A stretch of 64,000 nt of DNA from sequence record NC_048016.1; one strand, 5' to 3'. Numbering within the stretch: the first letter of the stretch is position 1; each line of letters starts with the position of its first letter. The notes beneath the pieces are model-generated. The model was not told the origin of the DNA. It did no database searches and saw only the letters and a program-made list of their open reading frames with translations. Of this stretch, positions 35,652 to 44,747 are shown one piece after another. The position numbers were made by a program, and so were the translations under genes.

Positions 35652-35810
35652 CTATTGAACCATCGGCATTTCGCACGCACGAATCTGTCGCATAAGCTGC
35701 CAGTAACGTGTTGGGTTCTTTAATGCAATTTCAATACCCCGACGGGTACGGTGTGGCAGTTGCTTACACAACTTATCGACACGGGCCTTGTGTAGCGCCT
35801 TGGCGTCCAT
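35652..35810 (-). CDS. 52-aa basic hypothetical protein
   Basis: MDAKALHKARVDKLCKQLPHR...; RBS GGAG; below the ORF-track length cutoff. Confidence 0.45.
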   Translation of the reverse strand: MDAKALHKARVDKLCKQLPHRTRRGIEIALKNPTRYWQLMRQIRACEMPMVQ

Positions 35811-35827
35811 GAGCTGTTCTCCAGAGG

Positions 35828-36754
35828 TTAATGTGGTAGTCCGACATCATTACCGTCGCCCTGCTCTTTGTGCGAGTGTTTCGAGAACGTAATGTTTGCG
35901 ATGATGGCTTCGCTGACCGTAAACGTACCAACACCGGTACCTTTACCGCCGTACTTGAAGTCTTCGGTGACTTCGAGTGGGCCTTTGAACATCGACATCT
36001 CAGACGTGGTGAGCCAATCTTTGGTGGTCCACTGCATCGAGGCGGTTGCACTACTGATACGTTTCTCGCACTTCTCACTGATGAGTTTGGTTTCGAGGTA
36101 AATCGCTTTTTTAGAGAAGATGAAGACCTCCTCTTTATTGGCATTCACCTTGGACAGCATGGCGTTCTCAAACCCCACATCGTCCTCAATGGAATTAATC
36201 CAATACTTGTTACCTTTGTGGTCCTGACATACCCATGTACCGTCACGTGTATTAAACTGGTGCATAAAGGCGGCTTTCTCGCCATTCACCATACAGGTGC
36301 GCAGGGTAATGTGGCCTTCTTTGGGTGACACGTTCAGCATGTACGCATTCGAGAAGTCGTCCGCCATTTGGTTGGCAGGGTCCGCTGCCCAGGCGTAGAT
36401 GACGTTCTCCAGTCGCTTCACGTTCGAGATGTTAAAGTCCATCCAGAAATACATGTCGGTATCACCCAACTGGAATAGCATCACCGAGTCTTCTTTACAG
36501 ACATCGGGCGAGGTCACGCGGTTGGTGTTCCATTTCCACCACCGAGCACGAATGCTGTTGCCCCCTTTGATTTTCAGGTTGTCCTGTGACCCGTTACTGA
36601 TATGAGTAAATTCATCCTCCGACGTTTCTGCGTCGACGTTGGTCGGATCGACAAAGTTCACCTCAATGGCGATAGCGTCGATATAATCGGTACCTTGAGG
36701 CTTGTCTTTCGCCACAATACCGATTGAGTAAAACTTCACCTGTGAGTTGATCAT
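35828..36754 (-). CDS. baseplate central spike (gpV/gp138/gp5-like)
   Basis: 308 aa; OB-fold-like N-terminus, beta-strand repeats, terminal FSKHSHKE HxH metal-binding tip motif. Confidence 0.7.
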   Translation of the reverse strand: MINSQVKFYSIGIVAKDKPQGTDYIDAIAIEVNFVDPTNVDAETSEDEFTHISNGSQDNLKIKGGNSIRARWWKWNTNRVTSPDVCKEDSVMLFQLGDTDMYFWMDFNISNVKRLENVIYAWAADPANQMADDFSNAYMLNVSPKEGHITLRTCMVNGEKAAFMHQFNTRDGTWVCQDHKGNKYWINSIEDDVGFENAMLSKVNANKEEVFIFSKKAIYLETKLISEKCEKRISSATASMQWTTKDWLTTSEMSMFKGPLEVTEDFKYGGKGTGVGTFTVSEAIIANITFSKHSHKEQGDGNDVGLPH

Positions 36755-36934
36755 GTCGGTCTCCTGTTATCATACAAACAGGTACCTCAGTTTTTACAGA
36801 TAAGCGATCTATTGTGTCTGAAATAGAACACACGGGGGTAGGGGGACTATGTGATACCCTTTGACAGGGGCGGAGTCTGAGGGACGAAGACGACTTCCTT
36901 TATCTTGGGTTTGGGTTTAACGAGGAGAACAAAC

Positions 36935-37351
36935 GTGGAAGCGGTGTTACGAGGTATTCGACACAAAGACCCGATCGAGATGCTCGAGGGGTTTGTCAAA
37001 GAGGTGTTGCCGGCAGTCTTACCCGAATGGGTAGTGGGCAATATTGAAACCTACATTCAAGGGAAGTTGCTCTACCCCTACACGCACATGATGATGTGGG
37101 AAACGCAAGCGCCGTTAAGGACGGTCGCCGGGCCGTTACTGGACGCTGTGGAGTTGGAGATTGCCCGCACGGGGATGTTGGTCTACGGCATGAACTGTCG
37201 GGGGATGGCACAGGTGCGCTTGGCCGACCACCCGCAGTTTACGTACGCGGTGCGGGTTGAGCTTGCGGTGATTATCCAGCCGCTAGGCCACCCACCGAAA
37301 CACCCGCTGCGAATACAGGCGGTGGTCTCGTTACGTCAACCCTTAAAATAA
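36935..37351 (+). CDS. hypothetical protein
   Basis: GTG start after RBS GAGGAG; 138 aa. Confidence 0.55.
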   Translation: MEAVLRGIRHKDPIEMLEGFVKEVLPAVLPEWVVGNIETYIQGKLLYPYTHMMMWETQAPLRTVAGPLLDAVELEIARTGMLVYGMNCRGMAQVRLADHPQFTYAVRVELAVIIQPLGHPPKHPLRIQAVVSLRQPLK

Positions 37352-37354
37352 TAC

Positions 37355-37374
37355 AGATAGATATCATCTTTGTG
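37355..37374 (+). promoter_or_regulatory. conserved intergenic motif AGATAGATATYAYYTYNGTG, candidate early promoter (copy 1)
   Basis: Four near-identical copies, each directly upstream of a plus-strand gene block. Confidence 0.6.
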
Positions 37375-37442
37375 CACTAACGTTTCCTAAACCCCTCACA
37401 TTGAGTTGGGTTGGAGGTTAGTTGCTCTAAAAGGATACTACC

Positions 37443-38099
37443 ATGGCTTTTTACGATGAAGACCCATCTGAATGCAGCTCCTCTCTTGCCCGTGACTACC
37501 CTGTTTCGGAGTTCTTCCCGTCGATGGAGAGTAACTGGGAGAAAGCCTCGCGCTGTCTCCAACCGATTTTACCCCGTTGGATTCAGAGTTTGATGTACGG
37601 GAAGGTGCTTTCGCGCAACAACGTCAAAATCATTCACCAGTACGAAGAACTCGCCGAGGTGCAAAAGTTTGTGTCGAAACAACTACAGCACAATCTGCAG
37701 CAGGAACTCAAAGGCGGGTCGCAGGTCACCGTGTCGGCGGCGTATTGCAAGGTGGAGATTAATAACATCGTGTCGTTTGGTGCGATGATTAATATCACCC
37801 AAATTAACAACCCGGATAAGCCACACCTCTGTCGCACCTTTGAAGGGTTCGTGAACTTCCAAGACCGTACCAAATGGGACATCATGGAAACAGCGGATGC
37901 AGACGACCGCAGCATCAACGACCCGGCATGGCTCATTCCCTCAACCCGGACCCGTCAGAACGGCCATCCCGAGTTCCCCATGGCGATGCGCCTTGACATG
38001 GCGGGGCAGTTTCTCGTGGAGAAAGGCTGGACTGCGTACCGGGTATTGGGCCAACAGTTATTATTAACAGTTGAGCTGGTTATTAAGAAAGGGCAGTAA
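37443..38099 (+). CDS. hypothetical protein
   Basis: 218 aa; RBS AAGGA. Confidence 0.65.
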   Translation: MAFYDEDPSECSSSLARDYPVSEFFPSMESNWEKASRCLQPILPRWIQSLMYGKVLSRNNVKIIHQYEELAEVQKFVSKQLQHNLQQELKGGSQVTVSAAYCKVEINNIVSFGAMINITQINNPDKPHLCRTFEGFVNFQDRTKWDIMETADADDRSINDPAWLIPSTRTRQNGHPEFPMAMRLDMAGQFLVEKGWTAYRVLGQQLLLTVELVIKKGQ

Positions 38100-38109
38100 C
38101 ATTCAGTAC

Positions 38110-38135
38110 AAGAGGGTCCCGGCCCTCTTTTTTTC
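38110..38135 (+). terminator. rho-independent terminator
   Basis: AAGAGGG/CCCTCTT stem plus a T-run. Confidence 0.7.
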
Positions 38136-38154
38136 TTACCTCTAAGGAGCAATC

Positions 38155-38706
38155 ATGCTGTTACGTCGCTATAAAAAAATTGAAGAATTCAAAGCAGACT
38201 TTCCAAAGCAGTTAGCGCAGTTAGATTTTTCCAGCATTGAAGACAACATCATCAAAAGCGGTGGACGCCTGGCCGTGGCCATCGACGGTGACGCCATCGT
38301 ATCCATCTTTGCCGAAGTGCACCCCAACCCGATTGTGACGGTGCTGACCTGTGTGGCGAACTTTGCCCCGGTCATCGCCCAAGACCTGTTTAATGACTAT
38401 CGCCTTGAGCACAAGCTCGGCTTTTTGCTGGTTGATGTCCCGACGTGGTTAAACGTCGACGGTTCCGACCCGCTGTCTGTGATTTGTCGCAGCCCCCGCT
38501 CGACGCTGGGTACCCCGCTCGAACAGTTTCAGGTCAAAGACCAAGATAACCTGCGCAAGCGTCTGCGCCACATTCGCAACAGTAACCAGCCCTACGACTA
38601 CCAAATCCAAATCATGGGTTGGTCAGCCGAGGAGGTCGAGCGTGGCCGTGCGCACCTGTCTGCGCTGTCTTATGAGCCCGTACGGCATCAGTACGCGATT
38701 AACTAA
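38155..38706 (+). CDS. hypothetical protein
   Basis: 183 aa; RBS AAGGAG. Confidence 0.7.
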   Translation: MLLRRYKKIEEFKADFPKQLAQLDFSSIEDNIIKSGGRLAVAIDGDAIVSIFAEVHPNPIVTVLTCVANFAPVIAQDLFNDYRLEHKLGFLLVDVPTWLNVDGSDPLSVICRSPRSTLGTPLEQFQVKDQDNLRKRLRHIRNSNQPYDYQIQIMGWSAEEVERGRAHLSALSYEPVRHQYAIN

Positions 38707-38717
38707 GAGGCAAACCA

Positions 38718-39254
38718 ATGAAGGTCACCGCATTTCTGGCAGTTCCCGGTAAATCTGATTCCCTGCCGGAACTCACGCCCAGTTACACACTGGTAAAAGA
38801 CGCCAATGCACTCAAGGCATCTATTGACCGCCAGCGCGGCGAGTCAAGTGACCCGTACACGCTGATTGAAACCGAAGTGAACATCAACCGTTTCTTCGTC
38901 AACGATCGCAAAGGCACTTACGTCAAGCTGCAACAGATTGAAGATTTGATGGGCCGTGATTTCGCCATCACCTTCGCTGTGCGTAACGAACACGAAGTGC
39001 AAAAGACCCCGCACTACAAAAAGATTCGCGAACTCAATCCGGGTGTGAATCTGCGTAGCCTGCTGAAAGACACCCTGCCGGTGCTGCCGGACGTTGACCT
39101 GTTACCGGGCACCGTGTTTGGCAACAAGCAGATTGTCGAGCGCCTGATTAAAGAAGGCTACGACGGAGCCAGCCTGCTGGGCAGCGACGGCATCCCGCAA
39201 TACTTTGTCTTCAGTGCTGAACAGCTGAAGGTCAAACGTACCAGCACCGTCTAA
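38718..39254 (+). CDS. hypothetical protein, possible divergent ADP-ribosyltransferase-like fold
   Basis: 178 aa; terminal LIKEGYDG...YFVFSAEQLK resembles the GYDG...VF.P.QIK tail of ART-PolyVal domains. Confidence 0.45.
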   Translation: MKVTAFLAVPGKSDSLPELTPSYTLVKDANALKASIDRQRGESSDPYTLIETEVNINRFFVNDRKGTYVKLQQIEDLMGRDFAITFAVRNEHEVQKTPHYKKIRELNPGVNLRSLLKDTLPVLPDVDLLPGTVFGNKQIVERLIKEGYDGASLLGSDGIPQYFVFSAEQLKVKRTSTV

Positions 39255-39260
39255 GAGTAA

Positions 39261-39296
39261 AGGTTACACCTTCGGGTGTAACCTACTTTTATTTTT
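39261..39296 (+). terminator. rho-independent terminator (UUCG loop)
   Basis: AGGTTACACC-TTCG-GGTGTAACCT plus a T-run. Confidence 0.85.
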
Positions 39297-39344
39297 TACG
39301 TCTAATTTTCATCCTTTGGGGTATGTTTGAACGAAAATGATTTC

Positions 39345-39364
39345 AGATAGATATTATTTTCGTG
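39345..39364 (+). promoter_or_regulatory. candidate early promoter (copy 2)
   Basis: AGATAGATATTATTTTCGTG. Confidence 0.6.
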
Positions 39365-39424
39365 GAGTTGTGCATTACTCCTTTCATCCTAACTTAACTC
39401 GTCGCTATCGACAGGACCTCCCAC

Positions 39425-40999
39425 ATGGCCTTTGGTTCCGTGTGCCTGCTTCGAATCCGACACCCAGAGTATTACCGCATGAACAACCAACAGAAATTCC
39501 AAACCATCGTCGAGCGTGAACTTGCCAACTTAAAAGGTAAGTTTCAAAAGAGTTCTGAACTGGCAGTGGCGCTGCACGAAGCCGTTGTGGCAGCCGCAAA
39601 GAAAGAAACTGATCTTTCTGTTATCCGGCTTTCAATTCACTCGCCCGACCTGAAGAACAATGTAACCGATATCAATGCCGATTTGCGACTGTGTCTTAGT
39701 TTAGCCAACGGGGAAGAATTAACCGCTTACATTGCCACCGAAGCATGGTTAAACGCCCTTCCACTTGAGTGGAGTTTCCAAGGCATTCTTCCAGGGCAGG
39801 TGACGACTACCATTGGCACGCTTCTCGTAAACATTGATGGGGCAAACAGTCTCGAAGAGGCGGCGCTAGTCGTTGCGCAAACTGCCGCCAAAGAATTCCC
39901 GGGCTATGTCATCTACCACACAATGGACCGTGACGGGATGTGGGTGGTCTATTTCCTTGAAAGAAAAACCACTAAAGTAGCGATTGTCGGTTCGTGGGCG
40001 TTAGCGGATTTCTTCCCGCGTTTAGCCACACAATCTACACAGTCTGCCATTAAGGTCACGGTCGACAGTATCCTGAACATGTTAACTCCACCACAAGAGC
40101 TGCAGGGGTTGGGTGGGATACAACGTTCGCCTGAGAACCTTTTCATCGCAGTCAAAACCTACCTGCGAAATCTGCGGGACTATTACCGTGTGGCGTTCCC
40201 GTTCACCTACCAAGTGCTGTGGGCAACCTCCACCGATAACTTGGCGAAACCGGTGTTGGAATTGATTGGCAGTGCTGAGCTGTCACTGGTTGCTGAAACA
40301 GATGCCATCATTAGCATCATCGAGCGTAGGATTGGCGATGATGCGGAACTGCGCGAGAAGTTCATGGCGCACGTGCGCAACCCCATGCATATCGCAACCC
40401 ACATCATGGTCCGTATTACCGTTGACGTAGGGGTTACCAAAACGTGGTTCAGTCCGATTGCGGGCATGGTTCGAGCCTCGGGGTCTTATGATGTCAACAC
40501 CAATAACCCACACCTGCCTTTGTGGGTCGTAGCGTCGTTCCGTGAGGTCATGACACCACCACCTCGGCCGCGTAACACACGCAATGCACTGGAAGACCAT
40601 GTTCATGACTCGGTTGAAAGGCTGGGTCAGGAGTTTGGTAAAGGGTCTGTCTTTGTCCCGTGTCTGAAGGCCAACATTGCGACACTGTGGGGTTCAGTCG
40701 TTGAGAACCACGCGAAGCCGCAGTTAGGTTTCCAAGCGCCGTACCGCATGGTGCGCACCATCGTTGCGGATTTTGCTCAGTGGCTCGACCACCACGGCAA
40801 AGATCTGATGATGTCTGATGACGACTTCTCCATGCATGTTGTGCCAGCGCAGTTCGCAATTGAAGTTGTCTTCACCGACCACAGGACAGGCCGTACCGAA
40901 ACCGTGTTGTTCACCTATGCGGATTTAGACGGGCAGATTAAAGCGGGTCTGGATTGGCACCCTGAAGCGCCAACCTTCTTCATCCCCCGCGAGTTCTAA
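39425..40999 (+). CDS. hypothetical protein
   Basis: Up to 524 aa; the true start may be MNNQQKF at 39479. Confidence 0.7.
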   Translation: MAFGSVCLLRIRHPEYYRMNNQQKFQTIVERELANLKGKFQKSSELAVALHEAVVAAAKKETDLSVIRLSIHSPDLKNNVTDINADLRLCLSLANGEELTAYIATEAWLNALPLEWSFQGILPGQVTTTIGTLLVNIDGANSLEEAALVVAQTAAKEFPGYVIYHTMDRDGMWVVYFLERKTTKVAIVGSWALADFFPRLATQSTQSAIKVTVDSILNMLTPPQELQGLGGIQRSPENLFIAVKTYLRNLRDYYRVAFPFTYQVLWATSTDNLAKPVLELIGSAELSLVAETDAIISIIERRIGDDAELREKFMAHVRNPMHIATHIMVRITVDVGVTKTWFSPIAGMVRASGSYDVNTNNPHLPLWVVASFREVMTPPPRPRNTRNALEDHVHDSVERLGQEFGKGSVFVPCLKANIATLWGSVVENHAKPQLGFQAPYRMVRTIVADFAQWLDHHGKDLMMSDDDFSMHVVPAQFAIEVVFTDHRTGRTETVLFTYADLDGQIKAGLDWHPEAPTFFIPREF

Positions 41000-41008
41000 T
41001 ATCGACAC

Positions 41009-41034
41009 GGGCAACCTTCGGGTTGCCCTTTTTC
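41009..41034 (+). terminator. rho-independent terminator (UUCG loop)
   Basis: GGGCAACC-TTCG-GGTTGCCC plus a T-run. Confidence 0.85.
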
Positions 41035-41051
41035 ATGGCAAGGAGTAATCA

Positions 41052-41297
41052 ATGGAACTGGTTTATACCGATAAGAATCACGAAGTCATCGATAGCTATC
41101 GGGTGATTTCTTGTAGCAAGAATCTGGGCGACGTGGAAACTGTGGTCATCACGTCAGCGGGAAAAGTTGCACTGTTGTTAAGCAACGGACTCTCACAGCC
41201 GAACCTTTCGGACTTTAGCCTGCATCTGGCTCACTCAGACAAAGACCGCATTAACCGTCGTGTGAACGTCGTGGATAACCACGTACAGCCACACTAA
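41052..41297 (+). CDS. hypothetical protein
   Basis: 81 aa; RBS AAGGAG. Confidence 0.65.
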   Translation: MELVYTDKNHEVIDSYRVISCSKNLGDVETVVITSAGKVALLLSNGLSQPNLSDFSLHLAHSDKDRINRRVNVVDNHVQPH

Positions 41298-41340
41298 CCT
41301 TACCGGAGACAGATGTCTCCTCTTTTTGGGATTACAAGCA

Positions 41341-41706
41341 ATGCGCAAAGCAGTTCTTTTGGCGTTCCTGTTGGTCGCCACCACCACCGCCGTTTCAGCC
41401 CCGAGTGTGTTACCGGCCGTGTTTAAACCCACCGAAGACTCTATGCCGGTTGACCCGGATGAAGTTGTTGTCGAGCTGGCCAGTAAAAGTGAATGGACGG
41501 TCTATCGTCTTGCCACGGTCACCAACCGCTGTACGGGTCTGGTACTGGCGAACACACGTACCCACTATTTCCAACGCTTACGGGATATCTCCTGTGACGA
41601 TGGTGTGACCTCTGCGCACATCATCCCACTGCGTCAGAATGGGGTGTACGCGGTGGACTTCTACAACGAGTCAGAGCTTATCGGACGCTTAACCGTTAAG
41701 CGTTAA
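41341..41706 (+). CDS. exported protein with signal peptide and two Cys
   Basis: MRKAVLLAFLLVATTTAVSA signal-like N-terminus. Confidence 0.6.
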   Translation: MRKAVLLAFLLVATTTAVSAPSVLPAVFKPTEDSMPVDPDEVVVELASKSEWTVYRLATVTNRCTGLVLANTRTHYFQRLRDISCDDGVTSAHIIPLRQNGVYAVDFYNESELIGRLTVKR

Positions 41707-41776
41707 ATTTACGTGTTCACCTCATCCTTTATAGGGTGGGGATTCCTTTATTTATTTTCCTATAAGGAAAGTCAAA

Positions 41777-42172
41777 ATGAAACGAGTCTTTATCGCCCTA
41801 GCGCTCCTCATGAGTGCATTCGCTGCCCAAGCATTGACATTGGAAGTGCCCGATGTTGTAAAGGATGGGGACGCTCCTAAATCTAACGCGCAGTTCTGGT
41901 GTAATACAAAGACCACCGCTACCGGCCAGTGTGAAACTGTGCAGGTTGACCAAACCTTTACTTACATCTTAGTTCACCAACCCGGTACGGAACAGTGCCA
42001 AGCCGGCCGTTGGAGCTATATCAACATTGATACCTCAACAGGTTATCGGGTTCACACCAAAACCAACACCTGTCGGGGTAACATCCATGCGAAGCTCTTT
42101 ACCGTGGATAACAAAATGGCGGTTGTCTTCTTAGATGACACCACCCCTGTTGAAATCGTTTACATTAAATAA
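41777..42172 (+). CDS. exported Cys-containing protein (paralog 1)
   Basis: MKRVFIALALLMSAFAAQA signal peptide; C...C...ILVHQPGTEQC...C. Confidence 0.75.
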   Translation: MKRVFIALALLMSAFAAQALTLEVPDVVKDGDAPKSNAQFWCNTKTTATGQCETVQVDQTFTYILVHQPGTEQCQAGRWSYINIDTSTGYRVHTKTNTCRGNIHAKLFTVDNKMAVVFLDDTTPVEIVYIK

Positions 42173-42190
42173 TCTTTTTAGGAGAAGTCC

Positions 42191-42589
42191 ATGTTTCGTG
42201 CCATTCTGATTGTTATTGGTTTTATCGTTGCTGCGGCTAACATCTCGGTTGTGCGTGCTGCCCCCTCGTTTGACGGTGTGTTGATTAAGCCCTACAAATA
42301 CCAGCCAGCGGGCTTTGACAAATGCTCCAGCAATCCACTTGTGGCGAACAGTTGCCGGGAAACCGAGAAGATGGAACAGTTCACAATCCTGCATCAGCCG
42401 GGCGGTGAAACCTGTCCTGCGGGCTACTTCTATTTACTCGACGACAAACAGCAAGCCGCGTCAGCCCTGCCCACCGAGGAATGCGACCCCTCAGTTGTAC
42501 TCAATTTTGTGAAGAACCCCACGAATAATCAGGTCTTCATTGTCATGTCACTGCATGGAGAGCCAGTGTCGAAGTTCACGATACAATAA
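42191..42589 (+). CDS. exported Cys-containing protein (paralog 2)
   Basis: Signal peptide; C...C...ILHQPGGETC...C; same Cys framework as paralog 1. Confidence 0.75.
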   Translation: MFRAILIVIGFIVAAANISVVRAAPSFDGVLIKPYKYQPAGFDKCSSNPLVANSCRETEKMEQFTILHQPGGETCPAGYFYLLDDKQQAASALPTEECDPSVVLNFVKNPTNNQVFIVMSLHGEPVSKFTIQ

Positions 42590-42601
42590 AAGGTAGGTCG
42601 C

Positions 42602-43009
42602 ATGTTCAGATTGTTTGCTTTGCTTGGGATATTAATTGCGGGGGTCGCACACGCAGAATTCGATGGGGAGCAAATTCCCCATTACCGTGTGAACAACGGC
42701 ACCCCGATGAAACGCTGCACAGTGGAAGCATTCAAAGATGGACGCTGCTTCGAGGTTGCCGAACAGGGCAACCTCGTTATTCTGGCGTTCGAGCTTGGGC
42801 CCTGTAAACTCAAACGACCAGAAGACTACGGGTATGTCTTGTTGAATACCCGCTCTAAACTGGTCACCCCATTGAACATCACTGGCGAGCACTGTGGCGA
42901 AATGCCGGTGCCACGTTTTAGTGTGTCGACGGATAACGAAGGCGAGACCCAGCCGGTTATTTCATTTTTTGCCAATAACCAACAGATTCAAACCTTCTAC
43001 TTGAACTGA
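42602..43009 (+). CDS. exported Cys-containing protein (distant paralog 3)
   Basis: MFRLFALLGILIAGVAHA signal peptide; four Cys at similar spacing. Confidence 0.7.
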   Translation: MFRLFALLGILIAGVAHAEFDGEQIPHYRVNNGTPMKRCTVEAFKDGRCFEVAEQGNLVILAFELGPCKLKRPEDYGYVLLNTRSKLVTPLNITGEHCGEMPVPRFSVSTDNEGETQPVISFFANNQQIQTFYLN

Positions 43010-43018
43010 GGGTAGTCT

Positions 43019-43399
43019 ATGTCTCAGAGTGAACTGGCAGAGTATGCCGAATCGTATCGAAGCGATAACAACGACGGAAGCGAATTCTTCTTTCCCGCTC
43101 ATGAAGGGCATTGGGAGGAACGGGTTTTACACCCATCCGACTTTTCTGATTTGTGGTCAACTTCGGCTGAAGCCAGAGAGTATCTGGAAGCCGAAATCCG
43201 CATGCGAGTGAAAGATGAACTGCCCCACGCTGATTTTGTAGATATGTTACGCCACGGGGTTAAGTGTGCGGTAATTGCCACCTGCATCAATGGCCGGTAT
43301 CGACTCTGGGATGGACACCACCGAGTAGCCACGGCTATTATCCGAAACGAACCCATCACCGCCGTGGTGGGTTACCGTTGTCTATCCCAAGTAATTTGA
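43019..43399 (+). CDS. stand-alone ParB/sulfiredoxin-like domain protein
   Basis: YRLWDGHHRVATA motif. Confidence 0.65.
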   Translation: MSQSELAEYAESYRSDNNDGSEFFFPAHEGHWEERVLHPSDFSDLWSTSAEAREYLEAEIRMRVKDELPHADFVDMLRHGVKCAVIATCINGRYRLWDGHHRVATAIIRNEPITAVVGYRCLSQVI

Positions 43400-43418
43400 G
43401 ATAGATATTACCTTGGTG
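43399..43418 (+). promoter_or_regulatory. candidate early promoter (copy 3)
   Basis: AGATAGATATTACCTTGGTG. Confidence 0.6.
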
Positions 43419-43538
43419 AGAGAACACATCACTCTCTCACATTGGTAGTCTGTTGGCCCTGTAGTTCAACCCCCAGAGTTTTTGGCTACAGGGCCCTTTT
43501 TAACTTAATCGACTTTTGTTACACCCTAGGAGCCCATC

Positions 43539-44048
43539 ATGTTAGAAGTTAAAAATATCCACGACCATGCGAAGTATTTCGTTAATCTGATGACAGCGTT
43601 TAATGTTGACGGCGATGCCCTGCGCAGTATGGTATCAACGACTACCAAAGTGCTGGAACTGCAGCAAATGATGCACCGGAATGAGAACGTCGGGGTTATC
43701 GCGCAAGCTGCTACGAAAATCAGCCTGACGTGGTTTAACCATGCGTTCCGTCATCCTCTCTTTAACAAACACACGCAGAACTTCTTCTACGTGAAGCGTC
43801 AGCTCCATGCACTCGACATCGAGTTGCAGGACACCTCACGCAACTACCCGCACGACGCCACCACGCGCTACATGGTCATTGCTGACCCGACAGCCGGCGG
43901 TATGGAGATTCTGGATTTAGAATCCGGTGAGCGTCTCCCGGCAGTTGCGGCCTTTACCACCAACGGTGCACTGTCTTCGGGCAAGGCCACCATTAACCAC
44001 AAAGAGGAGCGCGTCTGGAACAGTTCTCCAGATGCTCGCTTCCTCTAA
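43539..44048 (+). CDS. hypothetical protein
   Basis: 169 aa; RBS AGGAG. Confidence 0.7.
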   Translation: MLEVKNIHDHAKYFVNLMTAFNVDGDALRSMVSTTTKVLELQQMMHRNENVGVIAQAATKISLTWFNHAFRHPLFNKHTQNFFYVKRQLHALDIELQDTSRNYPHDATTRYMVIADPTAGGMEILDLESGERLPAVAAFTTNGALSSGKATINHKEERVWNSSPDARFL

Positions 44049-44052
44049 CAGT

Positions 44053-44080
44053 GGCCCCTGCGGGGGCCCTTTCTTTTTGT
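44053..44080 (+). terminator. rho-independent terminator
   Basis: GGCCCC-TGCG-GGGGCC plus a T-run. Confidence 0.75.
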
Positions 44081-44096
44081 TTGATGAGAAGAGAAC

Positions 44097-44645
44097 ATGA
44101 CCGACATCAAATTGATTGCCATGCTGGAAACGCTGACCAGTCTTAAAACCAACAGCTACATGAAAGTCCGTGTCGAGATTTCCGAAGACGAGTACAAAAC
44201 GCTGGTGAAGAATGCCTTCATCAAAGCCTACCTCGACAAAACCTTCCCCGAGCAGATCAAAGTGCTGGACGAGTGGGTCGCCACTCCAACGAACCTGCGG
44301 GATGCCAGCAAGAAGCCGTTCTGGCCACGTGCGATGACAGGCCGTATGCCACAGCGGGTTGTCTGGTTCTACAAAGACGGTGACCGCCTGAAAGGGAAAA
44401 TCATCGGCTGGGATGCACCCGATGCGGATATCGATATTTGCCCAGTGGGTGAGTGTCAGCAGCCTACCTTCGTGGGCGCACTGTATCCGTACAACAATCC
44501 ATCGACCGGGTACCTGACACCGGTGTTTGTGGATGGCGTGGTGCCGCCGTATTATCACGAGCTGGCTATCTGGCAGACCGAGCAAGGCTTAAACGTCATG
44601 CGCTCGTCCGATGGCTACACATGGGGTGACATGTTAGAGGCATAG
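44097..44645 (+). CDS. hypothetical protein
   Basis: 182 aa ORF with phage-like codon usage. Confidence 0.7.
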   Translation: MTDIKLIAMLETLTSLKTNSYMKVRVEISEDEYKTLVKNAFIKAYLDKTFPEQIKVLDEWVATPTNLRDASKKPFWPRAMTGRMPQRVVWFYKDGDRLKGKIIGWDAPDADIDICPVGECQQPTFVGALYPYNNPSTGYLTPVFVDGVVPPYYHELAIWQTEQGLNVMRSSDGYTWGDMLEA

Positions 44646-44653
44646 CGGTGCAG

Positions 44654-44692
44654 CGGGAATCCTTCGGGATTCCCGTGGTACTAATTTTTTTA
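44654..44692 (+). terminator. rho-independent terminator (UUCG loop)
   Basis: CGGGAATCC-TTCG-GGATTCCCG, T-run downstream. Confidence 0.75.
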
Positions 44693-44747
44693 CAGCAAGG
44701 GTCTAGGATATGGTAGATGTTTTGTTTCCTTTTTGGAACTCTTGCAA

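Noticed and set aside
35440-35830. Possible tRNA or structured ncRNA in the gap after the spike gene
   Set aside because: No cloverleaf, T-loop (GTTCRA) or CCA end is recognisable. The gap is explained by a 52-aa ORF and a terminator.
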